A DNA stretch of 63,252 nt, counting the filler, from Chrysochromulina tobinii (Eukaryota): NCBI GenBank assembly GCA_001275005.1. It is 5 parts of 5 records of this genome, joined end to end, with 100 filler letters (N's around TTAATTAATTAA, not from the genome) between each part and the next. Parts side by side here need not be neighbours in the genome. Positions count along the whole stretch, not along the records: positions 50,138 to 63,252 come from JWZX01000430.1; 4 more parts are not named here. One strand, written 5' to 3'. The notes under the pieces are model-generated. The model was not told the origin of the DNA, did not search any database, and saw only the letters and a program-made list of their open reading frames with translations. Each line of letters opens with the position of its first letter. The first letter of the stretch is position 1. Position numbers and translations under genes: made by a program. This document shows, in pieces, positions 51,805 to 62,651 of this stretch.

Positions 51805-53988
51805 CTACAGGCCAACGTCAAGGACGGCGCTGTCCCACCTCGCAAAGCCTGGCCTGGCGATGTGTGAGCCATGCCGGAGCGGTCCGACGGTGGGCGCACT
51901 AACGCTCGTGCTCAGCATCCGCGAGGGCGGCAGGCCGACGCCATAGTCGGCCTTAGACGGGGCGCTGCCGCCATAGTGGGTCGTGTCCCGCTGGGCGAGC
52001 CACATACCCACGCTGTGCTGGCGCGACCACGGTCGCGATGATCCGCCCGCACGCGAGCTGCCGCGGCTCGCACCACGCTCCCCTTTCGCCGCGGCAGCGC
52101 GCGCTCTGCCGGCGGCGGAGGGCGGCGGCGGCAGAGCCGCCTCCCTCAGTCGTTCTCGCTCGACGGAGAGACGAGATGATCGGAGGTGCTCGAGGTTCTG
52201 CTGAAGCAGGTTGCGCTCGGTCGCCTCCTCCAGCTTAGCAAAGCGTGCGGGCGTGAACGTGAACGCAGGCGTCTCCACTCGTGAGAGGACGCTACCAGCG
52301 CTCGCGGAGAGGTCTCCTAATTTAGGCAGGTCAGGCAGGTCTCCCGAGGATCTCCCGTGATCTCCCGAGTTTCTCCTGTGATCTCCGGCGCCTTCAAGGT
52401 CGGCGCCGCGGCTCTTTGCGTAGCTGATGATGGCGGGGTTTGGCGTGGTCGCCCTCAAGTGACTCGCAGCCGCGGCCGGCGCCGCAAAGGGCGGCAGGGG
52501 CGTGGGCGGCGGCAGAAGCGCAGCACTGCCGTCGGCGGGAGTGGACTCGTAACTGCTCCCACCGCCGCCGCCGCGGCTGCGCCCGCGCGCTCTATCGCGC
52601 TGGCGCTGCTCCTCCGCCTCCGCCCGCTTCACATGCTCGCGCAGCTTCGCATTCCCACGCCAGGCCTCGCCGCCCGGCTTGGTGGCCAGGTAGGTAGAGA
52701 GCCGACTCTCAAAGCCCTCGAGGTCTGCTTTCGAAGTGGCGTCGGCCAAGCGCCGTTGGGTGCGAGCGTGCTTGTCGCGCAAATCGAGCCGCGATACTGG
52801 CGTGCCGTCGGGCGCGATCACGTGCGTCGCACGCACCACCGGTCCCGCCCGCGCCGCCGCAACCGGCGGCGGCTCGGGCAGCTCCGGCCGCGGCCCAAAG
52901 GGCAAGTTGCCCTTGGCGGCGGCATGCTCGTGTCGGTTCGCGTGGAGGAGCATCCTCTTGTACTCTCTCCAGTGATCCGTGAGCTGCATCTGGCTGAGCA
53001 ACGCCGCCTCGTCCGGGTAGCTGCGTGCCTGCACCCGCAACACCTCGATGAAGCGACTAAACTCCGGACCGACTCCGACGAAAAGGTCCGTCTTCGCGAG
53101 CGCGAAGAGGGTGACATCTGAGGCGGAGACGACGGAGGCGGTATGAGGCACGTCGAAGAGAACGCCAACCTCGCCGAAGATGGCGCCTGGACCGAGTGTC
53201 GCCACGTGCAGCATCGGCCCCGCCGCCGTGCGCAGCAGCACCCGGCACTCGCCCGCGCCGAGGCAGTAGATCCGGCTCGCCTCCGCCCCCTGCGCCACGA
53301 TCACCGCGTCCGCGTGGCGTCGCTCGAGGGCGAGTCGCTCGGCAATGGGGCGCAGGCTGCGCTCATCGAACGAGGCGAGGCACAGCGCGCTGCGCAGCGC
53401 CGCCACCTTGCGCTCCAGCAGCTCCATCTGCCAGGACGCGTGCGCCGCCATGAAGTCGGCGGACCCCACGCGGAGCACTGTGGCCGAGTCGCCCGCTACG
53501 AGCGAGGGCGCCATCTTGGTGTGCTCGAGCAGGCTGCCCTCGGCGAAGCACTCGCCGGGCTGTAGCCGCCGCAGCGGCGCGCGGCTCGTGCGCACGCTCG
53601 TGTCGCGCACGAGCACCGTCAGCGTGCCGGCCACAAGAAGCAGGAAGCTGTCGTCAGACGCGTTCATCTCGGTGGCGATCATCGCGCCTTTGGCGTACTC
53701 CTCCCAGCGCATCGCGTTGGCTACCGTCGCCTGCTGGTCTTCGTCGAGCTGCAGCATCAGGTCGGCGCCGCGCAGCAAGCGGAGCAGCTGCTTCACCTCG
53801 TTGAACGAGCGCGTGGCCGGCGGCAGTGCCATGAGCTTGGCGAGCGCGTCGCGCTCGCCGGCGCGCAGCTGGAAGCCATGCGGCCGGACCGGCTGCTCGG
53901 GCGGCTGTCGCTCGAACGGTGCCGTCACACCCTGCATCTTGCGCTTCACCTGATTCCACTCGAGCGGCTGCTCGTGGTGACTCGCCAT
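51805..53988 (-). CDS. Protein with two cyclic-nucleotide-binding domains (727 aa)
   Basis: LQPGECFAEGSLL and VIVAQGAEASRIYCLGAGECRV...LGPGAIFGEVGVLFDVPHTASVVS. Confidence 0.85.
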   Translation of the reverse strand: MASHHEQPLEWNQVKRKMQGVTAPFERQPPEQPVRPHGFQLRAGERDALAKLMALPPATRSFNEVKQLLRLLRGADLMLQLDEDQQATVANAMRWEEYAKGAMIATEMNASDDSFLLLVAGTLTVLVRDTSVRTSRAPLRRLQPGECFAEGSLLEHTKMAPSLVAGDSATVLRVGSADFMAAHASWQMELLERKVAALRSALCLASFDERSLRPIAERLALERRHADAVIVAQGAEASRIYCLGAGECRVLLRTAAGPMLHVATLGPGAIFGEVGVLFDVPHTASVVSASDVTLFALAKTDLFVGVGPEFSRFIEVLRVQARSYPDEAALLSQMQLTDHWREYKRMLLHANRHEHAAAKGNLPFGPRPELPEPPPVAAARAGPVVRATHVIAPDGTPVSRLDLRDKHARTQRRLADATSKADLEGFESRLSTYLATKPGGEAWRGNAKLREHVKRAEAEEQRQRDRARGRSRGGGGGSSYESTPADGSAALLPPPTPLPPFAAPAAAASHLRATTPNPAIISYAKSRGADLEGAGDHRRNSGDHGRSSGDLPDLPKLGDLSASAGSVLSRVETPAFTFTPARFAKLEEATERNLLQQNLEHLRSSRLSVERERLREAALPPPPSAAGRARAAAAKGERGASRGSSRAGGSSRPWSRQHSVGMWLAQRDTTHYGGSAPSKADYGVGLPPSRMLSTSVSAPTVGPLRHGSHIARPGFARWDSAVLDVGL

Positions 53989-54138
53989 GTATCCGGATAC
54001 AATTGTAGTCGAAACTGCTCAAGAAGAGCCACACGAATTCCGCAACGTATATTCACACCTGCTGTATGTGAACATTCCTTCCTGTGTGATTTATAACGTT
54101 TGATTGCGAGCAGTTTGGTCCCTGAGAAGAGCGTGTGC

Positions 54139-55368
54139 TCAGGGAAGCAAGCTGCCAGGTTCCTTCCGGACGAACGCGCACAGCCCTGCAACGTAGCGTG
54201 GTGCCGCGCATGGCAACAAGCGGCAGCAGTCAAACCCACCAGGTTGGTCACCAAACGCCCTGGTAAGATTGGGCTCGTCCGCTGCGTGCGACCTGCAGCA
54301 CGGAACCATCGGTCTGACAGTGCCTGGCTTCCGTCCTGGGACATTGGCGTCGGCCAGCAGCCCACGCTGGGCTCGCGCGTGCAGGTCCTGGTACGCTGGC
54401 ACGAGCTCCTCGTCGATCTCAGCCGGTGTCGCCACTTCAAACGCACCATTCGAGAGGGTCTCGAGGAACCATCTCGAACTCTTGGTCGTGTCTTGGCACC
54501 GGTTGAAGCCGTCAATGCGCATGTACGGGCACGCGTTCACCAGCGGCAGTTTCGCCCCCATGATCAAGATCGAAAAGACACTCTGCTCCTGCACCGACGA
54601 AGCGCAGAACTCGTCCGGCTTCGTCACCGCCGCTTCCATCCACGTCTGCATCAGCCGCCGATTGAATGGAGTATTCTCGAGCAGAATGTTCGCATTCATT
54701 ATGTGCGGCCGGCGGCTCATTGCGGCGATGGCCTCGGCACCACTGCCGACGTGTTCCGGAAACGCCGCCAATGTAGCCCGATTGACTGCATTCCGATAAG
54801 TGTTAGGCAGGAACAGCTGCTGATCGCAGTTGACGCCGGCGCAGTGCATCACTCCGTATGCGCTTCTCAGCGTGCGGCGAGGTTCACGTGTGCGGTTCTT
54901 GAACCAGCCCAGGTGTGCGTACGCGGCGCTCACGTCACCGAAATCGGTGTAAAGCCGTGCTGGCCGTCTAGGCGTACTCATTCCGGTCAGACCTCGGATC
55001 GCCTCTCGCACACTCACATCTCGGTAGCGGGCATCATGGTACTTGGATGCATCGGCCCACAGCACGTAGTCGCCCTCCCGACTTTGCTGCAGCGCGCGAT
55101 GGAGTGCAAAGGATTTGAATGCACCGCAATACGGCCGATCCCACGGGTGCTTCTTCTTGCGCTTAGGCTGCATGCGCTGCATACGCTCGAGAGCTTGTCG
55201 ATGTCGAGGCGTCACCGCTGGATCCGAGAGGAAGTCTTCAGCTTTCCAAAGTAGCGTCTTGTTGAAGCCAGCTGCGCTCGCTGTCGCTCCCATGCGCCGG
55301 AGGCTCGTCTCGTACGGCTCGCCAATCGCCACGGAGACGAGCGTGACCACAATGTCCTGAAAGGGCAT
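54139..55368 (-). CDS. Putative nucleotide-diphospho-sugar glycosyltransferase-like protein
   Basis: AFKSFALHRALQQSREGDYVLWADAS (DxS/DxD-like) and EQSVFSIL motifs. Confidence 0.6.
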   Translation of the reverse strand: MPFQDIVVTLVSVAIGEPYETSLRRMGATASAAGFNKTLLWKAEDFLSDPAVTPRHRQALERMQRMQPKRKKKHPWDRPYCGAFKSFALHRALQQSREGDYVLWADASKYHDARYRDVSVREAIRGLTGMSTPRRPARLYTDFGDVSAAYAHLGWFKNRTREPRRTLRSAYGVMHCAGVNCDQQLFLPNTYRNAVNRATLAAFPEHVGSGAEAIAAMSRRPHIMNANILLENTPFNRRLMQTWMEAAVTKPDEFCASSVQEQSVFSILIMGAKLPLVNACPYMRIDGFNRCQDTTKSSRWFLETLSNGAFEVATPAEIDEELVPAYQDLHARAQRGLLADANVPGRKPGTVRPMVPCCRSHAADEPNLTRAFGDQPGGFDCCRLLPCAAPRYVAGLCAFVRKEPGSLLP

Positions 55369-56043
55369 GACCGCGAGTCGGCGCCGCGTGAACGTCGCGG
55401 GCCGCGGGAAGGCGAAAACAAAAGAAAGCACCCCAAAAAGTTGAAAGAGGGAACACGGCTATTGTACCTCGTGTGCCGCGCGAACGGGACATACGGTACC
55501 ACGTCCTGTACTGGGCTTTCTTGTTTAACACAATAACAGTGAGACGAAACACCAAGGGCGAAACACACAGGGTGAACCAACAACTGGATCCGGGGAAAGA
55601 CCGGATTCCTCTTTCCTGTCTGGTCGTGACATAGGAGCTTTATTGTTGCAGCCAATACAGCTAGAGCGGAGAGGACGTCCTGCACTGTATCGGGAATTCA
55701 CAGTTGAAGTGTACGAAATCTGCAGTGATGAGTGAGCTGTATGGATGCTCGCCGTGCCACTGAGCACGCTACCGAGCTGATCAGCTGCGTATTAATGCGG
55801 GGTTGCGGGCCGGACGATTTCGATTACAGTATTACACCAAAATAACACCCGCTCCCTCTTAGCTCTTTCTATTGTGCCATGCAGCCTGTTCTGTGTTGAA
55901 GTCAACTGTGGCTCTCGCTACATGGACCCGGCTGCGCACCCAGCTCGTGGAGCGACCGCGCGTAGCCCGCAACGGCCCCTCTGCTGCACACTGGACCAAC
56001 AAGGGCAACAACTGGGCAACTGCTGGGCGGAATGCTTGACCCC

Positions 56044-56526
56044 TCATGTTGCCTTAGGCTTAGGCTTGATGCCGGTCGACTTTGCGCGCCAGAGCTGCAT
56101 CAGCACGAGACCGATGCTGATGATGTAGGGAAGCTCGGCGGCAAAGTAAGGCACCAAGTTGGGTGGCGGTGTTGCGCTTGTGAACTCCATGAGGTGGTAG
56201 AAGCCGATCGCGTATGCCTTTGCGCCGATAAAGAGCACGATAGGCGTGGAGAGCGCCGCCCAGCGGTCGAATACCGCTGCGATTGCGATGATGATGTAGA
56301 AGGGCAGGAAGCCGTACGCCGAGATGCACGTCGCCATCTGCATGTAGAATGGCCGTGCGAGGAAGAGCGGGTTGTGCTGGTTCACGAAATCCCACGTCTC
56401 CGGCATGAGGAAGCGTTTGTCGGTAGCGGTGAGTGGCGCGTGGCAATAGCAACGCTCAACGGTGACGTTCATCAGGACGAAGTAACACATGAAGAGGACA
56501 AGCACGCCGTCGAGCGCCCGCGCCAT
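56044..56526 (-). CDS. EXPERA (EBP/TMEM97/TM6SF)-domain membrane protein
   Basis: Four TM helices; NPLFLARP.YMQ, FLPFY and ELPY patterns. Confidence 0.75.
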   Translation of the reverse strand: MARALDGVLVLFMCYFVLMNVTVERCYCHAPLTATDKRFLMPETWDFVNQHNPLFLARPFYMQMATCISAYGFLPFYIIIAIAAVFDRWAALSTPIVLFIGAKAYAIGFYHLMEFTSATPPPNLVPYFAAELPYIISIGLVLMQLWRAKSTGIKPKPKAT

Positions 56527-56883
56527 ACTGCTCCTGTGAACTTCTACCGGTAAATTGAAAGGGCTGTGAAACACGCGCGCGGACCCCCTTTTATCGCGGA
56601 CGGAGCTTCGGAGGTGTGCGTGTGGCCGACCTTGCCGTATGCTCGTGACGGCGCGAGTCGGCAGTTGGAGGCGGGCGCGGCGCGCGGCCGCGGGCCGGTT
56701 CGCGATCAAATCTACAATCAACCTCAGAACTGAAGGCACGTTGAAAAAGATATCCGTTGAAATCTTTTTGCATTGACCCGTTGAAATCATTCTGTGCACA
56801 CCTAGGCCTAGTACCCAGGTCCGCACGTTTCTCCAAGCCGCGGAGGGCCCCGCAAGGAGGAAGGACAGCTCGAGCGGTGCTCT

Positions 56884-57405
56884 CTAGTAGGTGGAGTCCC
56901 TCGCGAGTGCCGCGGCGCTCGATGGCGCTAGACCTGCATAGGGGCCGTCGCTCGGCGCGTAGACCTGCATCGGCTGCATGTCGTCGTCGACCAGGATGGC
57001 CGTGCGATGGCGCGGGTTTTGTACGAACGAGGGGTGCGCCCACAGCACATACATCTGCAGGACGGCGTTCGCATTGGTGAGCACCGCCGTGTAGAAGCCG
57101 AGTGGTGCGCACGCCCATGAGAGATTTGCGATCAGCAACAGGAACGCGGCGCGCCCGAGGTAGGTGTACATGAAGCCAAGGTCACGCTGCAAGTGGGCCG
57201 ACTTCTTGTAGAACTCATACCAGACCAGCAGCCCGCCAAATCCGCCGACGTAGATGGACAGCAAAAATGGCGACCCACCGCCGGTCAACATGTTGGAGAG
57301 GGAGAGAACGCCCGTGAGCACCATGAGCAGCCCGGTGACACGGTTCGCAAAGCTGCTGAGCGAGGTTATTAGCGAGAGCGGCTGTTGAATGATGATTGCC
57401 GACAT
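56884..57405 (-). CDS. COPI-associated Golgi membrane protein (TVP15-like)
   Basis: LSIYVGGFGGLLVWYEF...LGFMYTYLGRAAFLLL. Confidence 0.78.
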   Translation of the reverse strand: MSAIIIQQPLSLITSLSSFANRVTGLLMVLTGVLSLSNMLTGGGSPFLLSIYVGGFGGLLVWYEFYKKSAHLQRDLGFMYTYLGRAAFLLLIANLSWACAPLGFYTAVLTNANAVLQMYVLWAHPSFVQNPRHRTAILVDDDMQPMQVYAPSDGPYAGLAPSSAAALARDSTY

Positions 57406-57672
57406 GAAGGGCAAGGACGAGCCGTACTGATGTGGCAAGGGACGGGATCCGTCGAGGCTATGTGACCACTCGGGGACAGTGTTGCGTGTTCACGTGCGCC
57501 TCAGGCTCTCTCAAAAGACCCTGGTAGAGCAGCCGATGCCAGAGTCGAGAGTGCGGAAGGCGCACGACGAAACGCACGCGGCTGTGCCACGCAGTGGCTG
57601 TGAAAAACACGGTGCACCACGCCCTTGTGATTTTGAACTGACCATGAGAAGTGAAGGAGAGAGGAACCATTA

Positions 57673-58722
57673 TTAACAGAACTCAGAAGTTCGGGAGCGG
57701 CGGTCGTCGTCAGCGTCGGCTGTTGGCTCATGCGGCGGAGTCAAAGGAGGAGGAGTATCCAACAACCTCGGGGAAGCGCCGCCGCCGTCCCAGTGGTAGA
57801 GAGCGAGGCCGATGACGACAAGGGCAAAGGCGAGGGCGTATACGATGCCTGGCGATGCCTGCAGGAGCGTCAGCCCCGCCGCGACCGACCAAAAGTCCGA
57901 GGTGAGGAGTGAGAGGTTCATCGTGGTGGCACTCGAGCCACGCTCTAACAGAAAGGCCACCCCCACGTAGAAGCACGTGAGCGCAAGCACAAAGGCAGCG
58001 CCCAGTCCGAGACGCTCCCACGCGCCGCTCGCGCTGCCGCCCGCGCCCGCCCACGCCGCGGACAATGCCTCGCGCTCGAGCACCGCCGACTGAATGAGCG
58101 CGATTGCCGCACCGTACGCGCCGAGGTGGGCGAGGTACTCGACGCGGTCGTCGAGGCGCTGTCGCAGCAGGTGCTCCTGCGCGACGTTGGAGACGCCATA
58201 GAGGGCGGCGCCCGCGAGCACAAGCACATCGCCAAGCCACGCCTGTGGGAAGCCCGCGTCCGTGCGTATCAGGTCCGATGCGAACAGGGCCACGATGCCA
58301 GCGACGCACAGCACGGCCGCGCCGCACTGGCGCGCCGAGTAGCGCACGTGCAGGAACGTGGCCGAGAGGGCCATGACCGTAGGCACAGTGAAGGCGTCGA
58401 GCACAGTCACCGAGCACAGGTCGGTGTACTGGTACGCCTTGACAAGCAGGTAATTGGCCTCGACGTCGGCCACTGCAAGGGCGAGCCACTGCCACCAGGG
58501 TAGCGTCGGCCGCGCCAGTGTGCCGGCCAGCCGTCGATGCCGCCGACGCATCCAGAGTGGCACCCAGTGCAGTGCGAGCAGCGCGTATGCCATGCCAGAC
58601 TGGGCCGTAGGCGCGTCCACGCCAAGGGCGGCGAGCCGCTGCGAGCAGACGCCCGTCACAGTGAGCAGCAGCGAGAGGGCCTGCCAGCCGAGGAGCGCGC
58701 CGAGGCTCGAGGCGCTGCGCAT
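57673..58722 (-). CDS. Solute carrier family 35 member F1/F2-like transporter
   Basis: GVDAPTAQS, DVEANYLLVKAYQYT, GDVLVLAGAALYGVSNVAQE, NLSLLTSDFWS. Confidence 0.92.
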   Translation of the reverse strand: MRSASSLGALLGWQALSLLLTVTGVCSQRLAALGVDAPTAQSGMAYALLALHWVPLWMRRRHRRLAGTLARPTLPWWQWLALAVADVEANYLLVKAYQYTDLCSVTVLDAFTVPTVMALSATFLHVRYSARQCGAAVLCVAGIVALFASDLIRTDAGFPQAWLGDVLVLAGAALYGVSNVAQEHLLRQRLDDRVEYLAHLGAYGAAIALIQSAVLEREALSAAWAGAGGSASGAWERLGLGAAFVLALTCFYVGVAFLLERGSSATTMNLSLLTSDFWSVAAGLTLLQASPGIVYALAFALVVIGLALYHWDGGGASPRLLDTPPPLTPPHEPTADADDDRRSRTSEFC

Positions 58723-59032
58723 CCGGGAGGCTCGTGGGAGCCACGACACAGGGTCACGTCGAGTCTCGTGAACGAGAAGTTGTTTATGTATAGACTTGAC
58801 TTGACTTGAACGAGAAGGATTCCTGTGAAGGTCCTACAGTAGAGGGTCGACTCTTTGTTTAAGGGGGCGACGTTTGAACCACACTTTCCCAATTGCCGCC
58901 CCCAAGTGCGTTCGCCAGAAGTATGATGAGGATGCTAATCACCAGTTTGCGCGTGTTGGACGCTCGCGAATCAAGTGTCGTCGGCGAACACGGCGCGACG
59001 GCCTGCCCCGCCCCGCAGGAGCCATCGAGCTG

Positions 59033-59980
59033 ATGCCACCTCACATGATCCAGTCGCCGCGGCGGTCTGTCGCCGCGCCGGGCCTCAGCAGTGCGCACAT
59101 CTCGCCGCTGCCACAGCTCGCACCGGCTTCCGTGCCGGCCGTCTTCCAGATGTGCCCAAACTGCACACAGCAGATCCTTGCGGCCAATTTCCAGCTGCAC
59201 GAGCTGCACTGCAGCCGCAACTATAAGAAGTGCCCGCACTGTTCGGTGCTGCTGCCCGTTGCCGAACTCGATGCGCACATCGAGGAGCGGCGAGGCACGC
59301 TCGAGGTGCTCGCTGCTGCGCTCGCGCGTGGTGACGCAGCACGTGTGAGGGCGGCACTCGAGCACGACGGCGCGGCCGCGGCGCTCGGCTGGAGCGACGA
59401 GGCCGGTGCCTCGCTGCTGCACCTCGCTGCTGCCCACTCAAAGGACCGGTGGGACCTGCAGGCGCTGGTGGAGCACATGCTGAGCCTCGGCGCCAATGTT
59501 GGCGCTCGTGACAGCCTCGGGTGGACGCCGCTGCACACGGCCGCACGGGCGGGCGCCGCGGCCGCGTGCACGTGCCTCCTCGCCGCTGGCGCTGACGTGC
59601 ACGCCCGCGGCGGTCTGGGCGTCACGCCACTCGAGGTGTGCAGCGGCGAGGAGGTGCGGTTGGCGCTGCTGCACGCGGGAGCCGAGCTCACACCCTCCCG
59701 AGGGGCGAGCCGAGCCGGTAGCAGCCGCGCCGACTCGAGCGAGCCGCCCTCGGGGCCGCCTTCGGGGCCGCCCTCGGGCTCCGCCTCCGCCCGAGGCTCC
59801 TCGCGCGGCGGCGGCGGCGTGTCGGTGGCCGGCCTCGACGTATCTCTTAGACCGGCCGTTAAAGGCGACGGCACCGTACGCGCTGGGAGCTTCGTGCCGC
59901 ATCCACCCTCATCGCGGCCCGTGTCATCGCGCCACGCACAACGTCTGCGCGCGCAGGTGCAGGGGGCTGACGCAGGCTGA
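59033..59980 (+). CDS. TRAFD1/XAF1-type zinc finger + ankyrin repeat protein
   Basis: CPNCTQQILAANFQLHELHCSRNYKKCPHC..ELDAH; ankyrin GWTPLHTAARAG..LLAAGADVH..GVTPLE. Confidence 0.85.
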   Translation: MPPHMIQSPRRSVAAPGLSSAHISPLPQLAPASVPAVFQMCPNCTQQILAANFQLHELHCSRNYKKCPHCSVLLPVAELDAHIEERRGTLEVLAAALARGDAARVRAALEHDGAAAALGWSDEAGASLLHLAAAHSKDRWDLQALVEHMLSLGANVGARDSLGWTPLHTAARAGAAAACTCLLAAGADVHARGGLGVTPLEVCSGEEVRLALLHAGAELTPSRGASRAGSSRADSSEPPSGPPSGPPSGSASARGSSRGGGGVSVAGLDVSLRPAVKGDGTVRAGSFVPHPPSSRPVSSRHAQRLRAQVQGADAG

Positions 59981-60533
59981 CTCGAAGAGCCGTCACACTC
60001 ACAACAGAGGTATCTCCGAAGGATATAGGCGAAAAGAGAAGCTGAGAGGAGGGCACAGGAGAGCGCATGGGAGAGCGGACAGGAGAGGATCCTCTCCGCT
60101 CTCGAGCGCCGCACCCTCCACACACGAGCCACGACGATCAATGCAATCGACGTCACTCGTCACACGTCAGTCAGTACGCGTACGACAGGGTCCGCGCCGA
60201 GTCCACACAGCGAGATCGATCCGTCGCAAGACGCAACGGTCATACCCGGACAGGCCGGACCGCTTCCGCCGACGCTTCCGTACAGCACGCGCGGGCTGCA
60301 AATTTATCTGCTAAAACGCTTAAAACGCGTAATCGCTTCTCGACGGTCGGTAATCACCCTAAGCGCCACACACGTCGGTATCGGTCGACACGTCCGCGAC
60401 GCGACTAGCGACACGTATTATATACGATCGTGTCGACTGTCGTAGCTCGTACCGGCGACGTAAGGCTAAGGGGGCGGTGGCACTGGGTCGGGTCGGGTGT
60501 GAGCCTGGCGGGTTAGCCGCCTTAGCCCGCGGG

Positions 60534-62651
60534 TCAGAGGTCCATCGCCGCGGTTCGCCTGTGGCGGGCATCCTCAGCGTCCTCTTCCACAGGGTTGAAG
60601 CTGGATCTCGTTAAGCGCTCGGCACGGCGTCGATGCTCCTCTCGAGGCGAGAAGGTCTCCTCGTCCTCCACGTCCTTCTCCACCATCGGCGCCGCCGCCG
60701 CCCCACGCCTTCCCGAGCTTAATCCCGAGCTGGCCTTCGCGCCACTGCCGCGGCTCGCTCGGCGGCTTTCCATCGCCGCCTCGGCTGCTTTCGGCCGTGG
60801 CGGCGGCGCCACTGCGGGCGCACGCGCGCTGCCGGTCGCGCCCGCAGAAGCGTGGGTGGTGGGCATGTTCTCGAGTCCATCGGAATCTGCGTCGGCCTCC
60901 GCGCTCTGATTGCCGCCGTTCGCCTTGGTGCTGCCCTTGGCGCCGCCGCCCTTTTTGCGCCCGGCGGTGGCGCCCGCGGCGCCCGCGGCGGCGCCCGTGC
61001 TGGTCGGCGTGGCGGCATCGTCGAGAGCGGCCATGAGCCCTTGCTCTTCCTCCTCGATTTGCTCCGCCTCGGCACCCTTGGCAGAGCCGTTGGTGGCCTT
61101 GCTCTTCTTCGACTTGGGCAGAGGCACGAGGGCGGTGGTGGCGACGGCGGCGGTGGCGAGCGGCACGTTGAGAAGCGTCCATACGAGCGTCGTCAACGGC
61201 AGGAGCCCCGAGGGCGTGCGCGCATCGAGCCAGCGACGCACCGGCGCACAGTGGGTCACGAAGAGCCCGAGCTGCCTGAGCAGCAGCAGCAGCGAGAGCA
61301 GCGCCACGGCAAGCGCCTGTGGGGAGATTGGGAGAAGGACCTCGGGCGAGGGCGGCGGCGGCGGCGGCGAGGGCGCCATCAGCGTGGAGAGCGACGTCGT
61401 CGTCGCGGCGAGAATCGGCGGCGGCGCGCTGCTTGCATGCAGCACCGTGCCGACGTGCGTGGACTGCACAGCCATGAGCTTCTGCAGCTTCGCATCCCAA
61501 GTACGTGTCCAGTCGTCACGCATGAGGCCGCCGGTGTTGTTGATGCGCGGGCCGTCCCGCGAGGCGCGATGGCCGCCCGCCGCCACCGCTGCGAGCTGCT
61601 CAGGCTCGAACGGCGAGTGGCCACCGACGCCCGATTTGGGGTTGAGTCCATCGTAGAAGAGGTTGAGGGACTTTTCCTTGGCGTACTGGAGCGCCCACGT
61701 CTGCCAGGCGAGGTCGCGTGGAGATCCCTCGAAGGGACCGCCGAGATGAAGGATGAGGCTCGCGGGCTCACGCGCCTCAGCCTTCTGGAGCACGAAGAGA
61801 AAGTGCTCCTGCCAGACGAGCTCCGTGTTCTGTGGGAAGTCCTCGCTCTCCATGTATGGGAGCACGTGCACACCCGGCCCGTACGAGTGCGCCATGTACA
61901 CGAGGCGCGTCGGGTCGTGCAGCTCAACGGGCCGCCGGCGTGCACCTACGAGGTTCTCTCCGTCGTGGTAGGTCGGGTACATGGTCGCAAACTCCATCTC
62001 GGGGTCCTGCGCCGCGCCTGGCGTCGCTCCCACTCCCTGCACGCCGATGAGCCAGCGCGGGCACTTGGCATTCACGTGGTCCCCCAGGCGCGCGGCAGCA
62101 ACGTCCCAGTCGGTGGGCTCGCTCTCGACGCTCGGCGGCGTGTTCTTGCCCCACGACGCCGCCGAGGGCAGGTTCTTGAGGTCCACGCCGATGATGTTCC
62201 ACTGCGGGCACAGCCGGTGGCTCACCGACGTCCACGAGTCGAGCACAGTCAGCTCGTTGATCGAGCGCGAGTACCAGAGGGTCTCGAGCGAGTGCGCGAC
62301 GAGCCAGACGAGCAGGCCTTGGCCCGCCGCACGCCGCGAGATGACGCGCAGAGCGTCAATGTACTTGAGCGGCCGGCCCGATCCCTCCTCGAGCAGGTAC
62401 GGGTTGCGCCCATGGTCGAACGACGTGGCGGGAATCGGCTCGTCAAAGAGAACGTGTTGGTGCAGGAACGGAATCTTGATCGCGTTGAAGCCGTAGTGCC
62501 GCACCAGGCCAAGCAGCTCGTCCACTGAGCGCCGCTCGAGGCCACCCGGCAGCCCAAGTGCACTCTCGGCGCCCCACCACACGACGCCCTTCAGCTGGAA
62601 TGGATGCCCATTAGCACGCAGGCTGCCATCAACGGACTCCATCGTCAGCAT
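60534..62651 (-). CDS. GH5 (cellulase-family) domain membrane protein, apparently lacking both catalytic glutamates
   Basis: LKGVVWWGAES..PGGL, FNAIKIPF, WNIIGVDLKNLP, RLVYMAHSYGPGV, TGGLMRDDW; Pro-rich linker, TM segment and disordered tail. Confidence 0.88.
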   Translation of the reverse strand: MLTMESVDGSLRANGHPFQLKGVVWWGAESALGLPGGLERRSVDELLGLVRHYGFNAIKIPFLHQHVLFDEPIPATSFDHGRNPYLLEEGSGRPLKYIDALRVISRRAAGQGLLVWLVAHSLETLWYSRSINELTVLDSWTSVSHRLCPQWNIIGVDLKNLPSAASWGKNTPPSVESEPTDWDVAAARLGDHVNAKCPRWLIGVQGVGATPGAAQDPEMEFATMYPTYHDGENLVGARRRPVELHDPTRLVYMAHSYGPGVHVLPYMESEDFPQNTELVWQEHFLFVLQKAEAREPASLILHLGGPFEGSPRDLAWQTWALQYAKEKSLNLFYDGLNPKSGVGGHSPFEPEQLAAVAAGGHRASRDGPRINNTGGLMRDDWTRTWDAKLQKLMAVQSTHVGTVLHASSAPPPILAATTTSLSTLMAPSPPPPPPSPEVLLPISPQALAVALLSLLLLLRQLGLFVTHCAPVRRWLDARTPSGLLPLTTLVWTLLNVPLATAAVATTALVPLPKSKKSKATNGSAKGAEAEQIEEEEQGLMAALDDAATPTSTGAAAGAAGATAGRKKGGGAKGSTKANGGNQSAEADADSDGLENMPTTHASAGATGSARAPAVAPPPRPKAAEAAMESRRASRGSGAKASSGLSSGRRGAAAAPMVEKDVEDEETFSPREEHRRRAERLTRSSFNPVEEDAEDARHRRTAAMDL

